Positions 9,298 to 16,595 of a DNA stretch of 61,908 nucleotides are shown here, in pieces. This DNA is from a virus (taxonomy: Duplodnaviria > Caudoviricetes). The notes beneath the pieces were generated by a model. It was not told where the DNA came from. It worked only from the letters and a program-made list of their open reading frames with translations, and did not search any database. Each line of letters begins with the position of its first letter. Positions within the stretch are counted from its first letter, which is position 1. The stretch spans positions 1 to 61,908 of IMG/VR virus record IMGVR_UViG_3300033067_000570. One strand, written 5' to 3'. The position numbers were made by a program, and so were the translations under genes.

Positions 9298-9513
9298 TTA
9301 CGATCCATCTGTCTTCAGCGGGAACAGCTCTGGAGCTATTTCGTTGATCGTGGTGTCGTCAGCATCGAGAGCGCCATTTTCTCGATGCTGGTACATCCGA
9401 TTGCGTGGTTTTCGGTAAGCGTGTACCGGCCACTCACGTGACATAGTGGCGCTCCCTTCGTAAAAGAGCTTCTTCACGGCTGCGAGCGCTTTTTCTTTGG
9501 TTGGTGTGCTCAT
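9298..9513 (-). CDS. Hypothetical protein
   Basis: ATG with an upstream GGAG; same strand and operon as its neighbours. Confidence 0.6.
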   Translation of the reverse strand: MSTPTKEKALAAVKKLFYEGSATMSREWPVHAYRKPRNRMYQHRENGALDADDTTINEIAPELFPLKTDGS

Positions 9514-9580
9514 AGCCGGTCTCCGATCTTATCCTGTTCTCAATAGCATGGCACGCCGTGGCGTGTCACGTCAAATCACG

Positions 9581-10165
9581 CTAGATCGCGTTAACGAGGT
9601 CGCTAACGCGGTCAGACGCATCGACGTAGTGTTCGGTAGTATCGATGTATTTGTGCCCGGCGATCAGCTGAACATCTTTCAGTGAGCATCCGTGCGTGTT
9701 CGCGATACGCGCAGCCCGCGTGATGAAGGTGCGTCGGCCGCTGTGTGATGTGACGCCATACAACCCAGCAGCCGTGTACAGACGCGAGATGTAGCGCTGC
9801 AGTGTGTTTGGGCTGACTTCGCTAGTGCCATCACAGGAAGTTATGACCGTGCTTTTCTGTTTTTTTGATTGTGTCGTCGCGTACAGCGCTTGAAGCGCTG
9901 CGTGTACGGCCGGATGCATCGGGATCGCTCGCTTGTGGCCTTTCTTGGCGATGCTTGCCGGGATTTCAATGAATGTCTCAGCGATTTCTCCACTGGCGGT
10001 TGTGACGTTTCGCCACTGTAGTCCAGCGATTTCTTGCGCTCGGAGACCGGCCTTGAACGACAGAAGTACTATGGCGTAATCCCTGACAGGTACGCTGCTG
10101 TTTTTCGCCACATAATCAAGGACTTGCAGCAGCTGATCATTCGTCAACGTCTTCGCTTGAGCCAT
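9581..10165 (-). CDS. Tyrosine recombinase (catalytic domain only, ~194 aa)
   Basis: Full catalytic set R (GLRAQE), K (AKKG), HxxR (HSGRR), H (AGH), Y (EHY); no N-terminal core- or arm-binding domain. Confidence 0.9.
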   Translation of the reverse strand: MAQAKTLTNDQLLQVLDYVAKNSSVPVRDYAIVLLSFKAGLRAQEIAGLQWRNVTTASGEIAETFIEIPASIAKKGHKRAIPMHPAVHAALQALYATTQSKKQKSTVITSCDGTSEVSPNTLQRYISRLYTAAGLYGVTSHSGRRTFITRAARIANTHGCSLKDVQLIAGHKYIDTTEHYVDASDRVSDLVNAI

Positions 10166-10246
10166 TTCAATTTCTCCAACCACTAATCTCACATAAACAC
10201 CCTACCACGCACACGTGAGATATCCTAAACCTATAGTGCTGCGTGG

Positions 10247-10287
10247 TTAATTCGAGGTTGACATTGTACTTTATTCCCCGCTATTGT
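10247..10287 (+). promoter_or_regulatory. sigma70-like promoter with overlapping near-consensus CtrA box
   Basis: TTAA-N7-TTGAC (10247-10262) overlaps TTGACA-18-TATTGT upstream of the holin gene. Confidence 0.5.
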
Positions 10288-10313
10288 GCCTACTACAATC
10301 TTCGGAGCCCGCG

Positions 10314-10652
10314 ATGAACTCATTCTTTCAGAACACCGCCGAGATTATGTGGGTGTTTCTCGCCATGTGCGGCGGAGTTGCGCGTTACCTCGATCGGTAC
10401 ATTCGTACTGGAAAAGCCCCGCAACTCAGCATGTTGGCGGCGCACACCGTTGTGTCCGGGTTTTCTGGATTCATGGTTGCGCAGGCGGTCATCAAGTTTC
10501 AGCCCGACTGGGCTCTTGTAGCCGCCGGTGTCGGCGGTTATTTGGGCACGCAGGGGCTTGACTGGATCGCATCTATCTTCCAAGATAAATTTGGTGGGAA
10601 AATGCGGACCCCCAACGATGCGACTAACAAATCCGACACGGGTGCAGAATGA
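10314..10652 (+). CDS. Holin (LydA-like phage holin family)
   Basis: Three hydrophobic segments; GGVARYL...VSGFSG...AGVGGYLG pattern; charged C-terminus. Confidence 0.75.
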   Translation: MNSFFQNTAEIMWVFLAMCGGVARYLDRYIRTGKAPQLSMLAAHTVVSGFSGFMVAQAVIKFQPDWALVAAGVGGYLGTQGLDWIASIFQDKFGGKMRTPNDATNKSDTGAE

Positions 10653-10933
10653 ATAAGTTGCCGAAATACCTGTGGGCCGTGAACGTTGTTGTGGCCGGAT
10701 TGATCGGACAATTTACTGCGCCGATCGTGATGCGCTACGGCGGATCACATGATGTTGCTATGTTCGCTACGGGCGTTCTCGGATACATGTCCGCGCTTAT
10801 GGGTGAACACGCGTACATCCTGCTGAGTGAGCATTATTCGCGCTGCCGTCGTTCGCGGCGCGCTGCTCGGTTTATTGTTTCTCGGCAGCAGCTGCGCGCA
10901 TCTTTAGTTGATTCGCAGTTGAAGCTTCTTTGA
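10649..10933 (+). CDS. Holin-like membrane protein (possible paralog or antiholin)
   Basis: ATGA overlap with the holin; VVAGLIG...ATGVLGYM resembles holin TM2-TM3; basic C-terminal tail. Confidence 0.5.
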   Translation: MNKLPKYLWAVNVVVAGLIGQFTAPIVMRYGGSHDVAMFATGVLGYMSALMGEHAYILLSEHYSRCRRSRRAARFIVSRQQLRASLVDSQLKLL

Positions 10934-11228
10934 GCTTCTTCAAAAAGTCAGCATCACCCATCTGCTTAGCCATCCAGACGAATTCAGTGTGAGCCTCAGT
11001 AATTGACGGCGTACTGATGTACGTTATTGGCACGCCTTCGTGGGAAAACTGCCACGTCCCGACGCACAGCCGTCCGCGCACATCAACCAAGTTGTGCGCG
11101 TAAAAAACCTTGCCCAAATAGGTGAATTTGTACAGCGCAGAAAGCTTTGTCGCGCCTATCGTGTACGATTCACCCCTGGCGTCACTAATACGTGAACTTG
11201 TAATGCGTGGTCTCCCATTCCTCGGCAC
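10872..11228 (-). CDS. Hypothetical protein
   Basis: ORF in the minus-strand cluster; start uncertain because it overlaps the HigA-like ORF. Confidence 0.5.
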   Translation of the reverse strand: MPRNGRPRITSSRISDARGESYTIGATKLSALYKFTYLGKVFYAHNLVDVRGRLCVGTWQFSHEGVPITYISTPSITEAHTEFVWMAKQMGDADFLKKLKEASTANQLKMRAAAAEKQ

Positions 11229-11358
11229 GCCTGACGGCGTCGTTCAGCTCTCGGTATTCCGGGGTGTTCGGCATGGAGCCCCACAGACTGTTGATGCGCT
11301 CCAACACGGCCTCATACTCGTCCTCGGTTACGATAGCGTTGGTATTCAGTTTAGCCAT
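11185..11358 (-). CDS. 57-aa HigA antitoxin N-terminal-domain-like protein (no HTH)
   Basis: Below the ORF-track cutoff. MAKLNTNAIVTEDEYEAVLERINSLWGSMPNTPEYRELNDAVRRAEEWETTHYKFTY*; AAGGTGA RBS. Matches the recalled I.TE.DYEA.L.RI..LW...PGTPE..EL..L....E.YE..HY pattern of COG5499-type HigA N-termini. Confidence 0.7.
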   Translation of the reverse strand: MAKLNTNAIVTEDEYEAVLERINSLWGSMPNTPEYRELNDAVRRAEEWETTHYKFTY

Positions 11359-11777
11359 GTGTGAATCACCTTCTCTGGAAGTTTGGCCGGCGTATATACA
11401 CCGGTCGCGTCATTGATGGTGCAGTGCTCAGTTTGCTGGAACCTAGCGACCAGCTTCGCTACCCACTTCTCTGCGTTCGCTGCTCTCCAGATGTTTGCGT
11501 GTGCCCGCCCGATGTTGTTGTTGTGGAGCATCATGTAGAAGAAACACAACAGCCGATTCAAATCGATTGCCGCAGCAACTTCATTCATTGTTCCAGACGC
11601 GTATACACGGTTGAATGCGTCTTCGAAGTCAGCGTGGACTGGGCGCCGTCGTGCCTCTGGCAGGTTCTCCATGATGAGGCAGTAGCGTTGCGCGATCGAC
11701 GCATACGGGTTGTCAATCAGCGCGACTGGGCTGTGGATGAACCCTCGCGAAATATCGCTGATGGGTGACATCCTCAT
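11346..11777 (-). CDS. Hypothetical protein
   Basis: Likely start ATG 11777, overlapping the stop of the GH73 gene (ATGA). Confidence 0.6.
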   Translation of the reverse strand: MRMSPISDISRGFIHSPVALIDNPYASIAQRYCLIMENLPEARRRPVHADFEDAFNRVYASGTMNEVAAAIDLNRLLCFFYMMLHNNNIGRAHANIWRAANAEKWVAKLVARFQQTEHCTINDATGVYTPAKLPEKVIHTWLN

Positions 11778-12265
11778 GTCTTTAACAGCGGTTCCAGCCT
11801 GTTCCTGCATAGACGTTTGATGTCCTTCACATATTTCTCGTTGTGCGTGGGTGACATGCCAACCCAAATCGGGCCGATATAGTCGATGAATGCGTCTCCC
11901 GAATGTACGTGTCTGCGCCAATTCGGATAGGCGCTAACGATGTCGAATCTGGCCCAGTATCCAGAAATGAACGCCGCCTTATCATGGAAGTGAACATACG
12001 GGTCTATTTTCCCTTGCCAGTCTTTATAAGTGACGGCCCAACCGAACGGCTTCATGCCTTTACGCCACTTCATCCCGGCGAAGTTGTTGTTCTTCATGGC
12101 CAAGTCTGACAGGCCCCAACCGCTTTCCAATGCCCATTGCGCCAGGGTCATCGCTTTCAGCTGCGGAAATTCGATATCCGCGCCCCTGTACACTTCGATC
12201 AGGTCGAGGAATCCGGGATCTGTGTTCCCTGGCAGGTAGGGACTCATCTTTGAGGTCTGTGTCAT
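11774..12265 (-). CDS. Glucosaminidase (GH73/FlgJ-like) peptidoglycan hydrolase
   Basis: LAQWALESGWG.S.LA...NNFAGMK signature with the catalytic Glu. Confidence 0.85.
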   Translation of the reverse strand: MTQTSKMSPYLPGNTDPGFLDLIEVYRGADIEFPQLKAMTLAQWALESGWGLSDLAMKNNNFAGMKWRKGMKPFGWAVTYKDWQGKIDPYVHFHDKAAFISGYWARFDIVSAYPNWRRHVHSGDAFIDYIGPIWVGMSPTHNEKYVKDIKRLCRNRLEPLLKT

Positions 12266-12420
12266 GGGCGCAGTTTAGTACATGTTGAACAACGGCGTCA
12301 ACACGAATGATGCGCGTAGTCAATTAACTATGCTGTATGGTGGTGCTTGCTTCGTTGTGTGGTGATGTCCTATTCTTCGTTCATGGATTTTGGGACATGG
12401 GCTGTGAAGGAGATTGTTAG

Positions 12421-14613
12421 ATGTTGACCGTAATGGCGCCGCGAGAAGTCAGTTCTTATGGCGTACAAATCACGAACACCTTTTCGATCAAGGCGAACGG
12501 CAAGGCGTTCAAGGTTCTGATTGACGGGCTGTATTCTGACAAGATCCGCGCCGTCGTTCGCGAGCTTTGGACGAACGCGTACGATAGCCACGTCATGGCG
12601 AACAAGGCCGACGTTCCGTTCGACTGCCATCTTCCGACATTCTCCGATCCGACGTTCACAGTCCGCGATTATGGTGTGAGTCTGTCGGATGACGGCGTCA
12701 TGCATCTATATACGACCGTGTTCGAGTCTTCAAAGGAAGACACGAATACGCAGGTCGGAAAGTTGGGCCTCGGCTCCAAGAGCCCGTTTGCCTACACGGA
12801 CACGTTCACTATCACCGCGTGGCTTGACGGTCGGAAGCGCACGTATTCTGCCTACATCGGTGCCGATTACGTGCCGCAGATTTCCCGCATGTCTGATGAG
12901 GCGTCCGATGAGCCGCAGGGCTTCGCCGTGTCGTTTCCTGTGAAGACGTACGATTACGGCGCATTCGCTTCGGCGGCGCGCGGTGTTGTTCACGGGTTCG
13001 ACGTGATCCCAGTGTTTACTGGCTCAACTAGCGTTAAGCCTGACGCTGATCCTGTTCTTTTTTCTGGTAATGGATGGAAGCTGTTCGCGGCTGGTGGCCG
13101 ATATTCTTCGGCGCAAGCGCGTCAAGGTTGCGTCATTTATCCGCTGTCCAGCTACTCTATTCCGAATTTGTCAGACGAGCACGCCGCGCTGCTGCAGAGC
13201 CGCCTTCTGATCGATTTCGACATCGGTTTGCTGGAAATCAGCGCAAACCGCGAAGCGCTCGGCTACGATGCGCAAACCTGCACCAACATTCGCACCCGCC
13301 TTGATCAGATCTCAGCCGAAATGCACGACCATTATGTCGCAGCACTTTCTGGCGTCAAGACTTACTGGGAATTCATGATACTCCGCAAAGAGTTGGCGAA
13401 CAGCGGTATTCCTGACGCCGTCGTTGAGAAGGCTGTTTTCAATGGCTTCTCTTTGAAAAGTGTGTGTCGTCGTTTCGGCACCACCTTGGAAATCGGGCGG
13501 AAACATATCCGTAACGCCCCTCTTGTCCTCGATCACATCAAGCTCAAGCGTGGGATTATCCCGCGCCTCAACACGCCGCGTGACAGGAGCATTTATTTCA
13601 TTCCTGGTAAAATAGTCGTGTACGTTCAAGATCCTATGGTTCCTACACCGTACACAGCAGCGCGGATTGCTGCGCACTACTCGCGCACGTATTCAGACGT
13701 GCGCCAAGCGCTTTTTATCAAGTGCTCTCGCAACAGCGTCCTGTTCAAGCGCTTGAACGTGATTATGGGGCGTCCGCCGGAAGACGTGTTTGTGTTTGTT
13801 CACGACATTCCCAAGCCTGAAAGTGCTGTCAAGTCTGGCAGCAAGCCGCGTGCAGCTGTGAAGGAACTTGCGTCGGCATACTCGCTGTACGATAGGGAAG
13901 TCAGCGCCGATGATGGGGGCTATTACATGCCGCTCGCACACGGACGCTTCTTGAACATGATCAACGTTTCTGTTGCGCCGAAGTCTTCTGAGGCGCTTAA
14001 TGCGATCACGCAGGCAGATGCGTGGAGCCTTGTTCGCGCCCTCAAGGGATTGAACATGATCCCAAACGATGCGCAAGTCTATGGCATTCCTGCGACGCGC
14101 CGCGACATCACGAACAACTCCGGCTGGGTTTCTGTTTGGGACATAGCTCGCGAAGCTATGACGCATTTTGACGCCACCAAGGCCGCCGAATGGACCGCCG
14201 TTCGTGATCTACGCAGCTACACTGGTGACGCGTCTGTTCGTCTTGTTGCTTCATTTGTTGCCGATAAGGTAATGTTTCCTTCTGCCAACAGTGTCGCAGC
14301 TAAGACGATGCGCGAATATGTGCGCCGTATTTCCGCACTTCCGCCGGCTGAATACGACGCATATAAACACTATGATCGGATCATTGCGGCGTGTTACTCC
14401 CCGGCTGCGCCCGAGTTTGTAACTACGTGCGCTGCGGATCCTGACATTTCATTTGTCACTGATTTCAATACCACGTATTCGCGTGTTTCGGATTTCATTA
14501 GTGGTTCATCTAGGTACTCCGCCTTCGTTGAGCCATTAACTGCGTTGGTGATTGATTACATCAGGCTTGTTGACGCAGCGGCTGAGCGTGATACTGTCGA
14601 TGCAGTCGCGTGA
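12421..14613 (+). CDS. rIIA: rIIA-like protein
   Basis: N-terminal GHKL/HSP90-like domain (LYSDKIRAVVREL.TNA.D, DYG..L, G.LGLGSKSPFAYTD); ISANREAL motif; rIIB lies downstream. Confidence 0.88.
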   Translation: MLTVMAPREVSSYGVQITNTFSIKANGKAFKVLIDGLYSDKIRAVVRELWTNAYDSHVMANKADVPFDCHLPTFSDPTFTVRDYGVSLSDDGVMHLYTTVFESSKEDTNTQVGKLGLGSKSPFAYTDTFTITAWLDGRKRTYSAYIGADYVPQISRMSDEASDEPQGFAVSFPVKTYDYGAFASAARGVVHGFDVIPVFTGSTSVKPDADPVLFSGNGWKLFAAGGRYSSAQARQGCVIYPLSSYSIPNLSDEHAALLQSRLLIDFDIGLLEISANREALGYDAQTCTNIRTRLDQISAEMHDHYVAALSGVKTYWEFMILRKELANSGIPDAVVEKAVFNGFSLKSVCRRFGTTLEIGRKHIRNAPLVLDHIKLKRGIIPRLNTPRDRSIYFIPGKIVVYVQDPMVPTPYTAARIAAHYSRTYSDVRQALFIKCSRNSVLFKRLNVIMGRPPEDVFVFVHDIPKPESAVKSGSKPRAAVKELASAYSLYDREVSADDGGYYMPLAHGRFLNMINVSVAPKSSEALNAITQADAWSLVRALKGLNMIPNDAQVYGIPATRRDITNNSGWVSVWDIAREAMTHFDATKAAEWTAVRDLRSYTGDASVRLVASFVADKVMFPSANSVAAKTMREYVRRISALPPAEYDAYKHYDRIIAACYSPAAPEFVTTCAADPDISFVTDFNTTYSRVSDFISGSSRYSAFVEPLTALVIDYIRLVDAAAERDTVDAVA

Positions 14614-14637
14614 GTGTTGAACAGATAGGAGGTACCC

Positions 14638-14877
14638 GTGAAACATGCTGAGTGCTGCGCGTCCGTGGCCCGAAAAGACATCGTCAATGAGACCAAGGAT
14701 CGGATGATCGCGGTTATCGATCAGCAGCTCGCCGACCTCACAAAGAGCAAGGCGTTGCCCGAGAAGCACCAGGAGCGGCTTCTGTTCCGCTCAACGTACA
14801 TTCTATCCGACTTCTCGTCGGCACAGCTTCACACTGTTCGCGAGTTCATCGCTTCCTTCACCGCGTTCGCCGAGTGA
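14638..14877 (+). CDS. Hypothetical protein
   Basis: GTG start with an AGGAGG RBS. Confidence 0.7.
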   Translation: MKHAECCASVARKDIVNETKDRMIAVIDQQLADLTKSKALPEKHQERLLFRSTYILSDFSSAQLHTVREFIASFTAFAE

Positions 14878-15119
14878 GGTACAGCATGTGGTTCAGGTCT
14901 TTTTTCCGATCGTGGGCTGATCAGGCGTGGGCGGATCAGGCCGACCGCGATTACAGACGCGGCTATGTCGCTGGGCGAAACTTCGTTAAGTCGCGGCCCG
15001 ACAAGATCGTCTGGTCACGTCATGAGACGTTCGTCGGCCGGGACGCGTTCGACTTTGGTTGGGATGCCGGTGTGGACGCGGGTATCGCGGCATACTATGT
15101 CAAGATGTGGGAGTTCTGA
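14874..15119 (+). CDS. Hypothetical protein
   Basis: Overlaps the upstream stop; aromatic/Gly-rich DY..GY...FD.GWD motif. Start may be ATG 14886. Confidence 0.6.
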   Translation: MRYSMWFRSFFRSWADQAWADQADRDYRRGYVAGRNFVKSRPDKIVWSRHETFVGRDAFDFGWDAGVDAGIAAYYVKMWEF

Positions 15120-15121
15120 CC

Positions 15122-15307
15122 ATGCACACGTTCCTGATCATATTCATCGCGTTCAATTTCATCTTGGCCGGTGTTGGGCTCTACAACATCGAGAAGCCGC
15201 TGACGACCACGCAGCTGTTGAGCAACATCTTCAACATGCTGACGAGCATCTTCCATCTCATTGTTTGCGGGCTGCTGCTTTTCATCCTCTCACATCTTCC
15301 GGCCTGA
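15122..15307 (+). CDS. Small two-TM membrane protein
   Basis: MHTFLIIFIAFNFILAGVGLY...IFHLIVCGLLLFIL; GGGAG RBS. Confidence 0.65.
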   Translation: MHTFLIIFIAFNFILAGVGLYNIEKPLTTTQLLSNIFNMLTSIFHLIVCGLLLFILSHLPA

Positions 15308-15430
15308 TTTACCATGCGCCCATCTCCTGCTTGATTGTTTGCGGTGGGGTGTGGTAGATACTGAGCAGGATATGTGGGGATGAGCGATTAGTTCGACATT
15401 CTTGAGCACACCAACTATAAGGAGACCAGC

Positions 15431-16480
15431 ATGTTCGGGTATACGATGACCCCCAATTCTGTCAACATTCTGATCGATGGTCAGATGCGTACCGTTGATA
15501 AGTCACACGCCAATCACGCCGCCGTGCTTTCCGTCCTGCGGGACATCCCCTCGATCGGCGAGGCCGTGGCGGTCTCTCGACTTCGGAAGCTCATCGATAT
15601 TCCGGCCTATGTCGCGCTGGCGACGCTCGGCCGCGTCACTATCTGCAAGGACGCCGTACTGTACGACGGCGCCGAGGTTCATGGCGTCATCTCCGATCGA
15701 CTGTTGGAGCTGCTGGGCGGAGGCTTCGATGTGGGTCCGCTCGGCCTTCTGCTCAACCGCGTCATGCTCAATCCTGTCCAGAGCGCGCGTGATGAGCTGT
15801 ACCTCTGGCTCGAACGCTCCAAGATGCCGCTCACGGCTGACGGCTGCTTCTTGGCCTACAAAAAGGTCATGAGCGACTATAAGTCGTATCACGACGGAGT
15901 GACGGACAATTCTATCGGCACAAAGCTTCCGCCGATGGATGATGTCGATACGGACAGGACGAATACGTGCTCGCGCGGCTATCACTTCTGTTCGCATGAT
16001 TACCTTCCGAGCTATTACGGCAGCGAGGGCCGAGTCGTCGTCGTGAAGGTTGCGCCAGAAGATGTTCGGGCTATCCCCGATGACTACGACAACGCCAAGG
16101 GGCGTGCAGCTACCTACGAAGTCGTCGGTGAAGTTCCTGAGAAGGAAGCGGAGTTTGCGTTCGTCGGGCGTCCGGTCGTCACACACTACGGAACGTACGG
16201 TGACAGCTCGGCGGGCGATGGCAGCGTGTCTCTCGATGACCGGTGGGCGGACATGGAGGAAGAAGAAGAAGATGATCCGTTCCTGCGGGATGATGACGAC
16301 GATGATGCCGGCGATGATGTCAACTACGTCGTGACCGACGACGACAAGATGGCCGAGGCAATCAGGGCGGAGCACTCCGCTGAACAGAACGCGCCTTTGC
16401 CTCCGATTGCCGACGATACGTTGCCGGCAATGGAGCATCCGGCTCCAACTCCGTGGTGGCACGTCCTGCTCCGCCGCTGA
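15431..16480 (+). CDS. rIIB: rIIB-like protein
   Basis: LY.WL...MPLT.DGCFLAYKKV, D.D...TCSRGYH and P.DY...KGR..YEV motifs; acidic tail; AAGGAG RBS. Confidence 0.88.
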   Translation: MFGYTMTPNSVNILIDGQMRTVDKSHANHAAVLSVLRDIPSIGEAVAVSRLRKLIDIPAYVALATLGRVTICKDAVLYDGAEVHGVISDRLLELLGGGFDVGPLGLLLNRVMLNPVQSARDELYLWLERSKMPLTADGCFLAYKKVMSDYKSYHDGVTDNSIGTKLPPMDDVDTDRTNTCSRGYHFCSHDYLPSYYGSEGRVVVVKVAPEDVRAIPDDYDNAKGRAATYEVVGEVPEKEAEFAFVGRPVVTHYGTYGDSSAGDGSVSLDDRWADMEEEEEDDPFLRDDDDDDAGDDVNYVVTDDDKMAEAIRAEHSAEQNAPLPPIADDTLPAMEHPAPTPWWHVLLRR

Positions 16481-16485
16481 CCAAT

Positions 16486-16575
16486 TAGTGCGAGGCGGGC
16501 GCTCTTAAACGGAAGGGTTTTCTGGTGGCTTACCCTTCAGCGTTTGAGCCCCGTCATTGGACCCGCCTCGCACTA
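16486..16575 (+). other. Intergenic ~90-nt nested stem-loop element
   Basis: Perfect 14-bp outer stem TAGTGCGAGGCGGG/CCCGCCTCGCACTA enclosing inner stems GCTC..AAAC/GTTTGAGC and GAAGGGT/ACCCTTC. Confidence 0.6.
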
Positions 16576-16595
16576 TATAATTGATTGGAAAAAGA

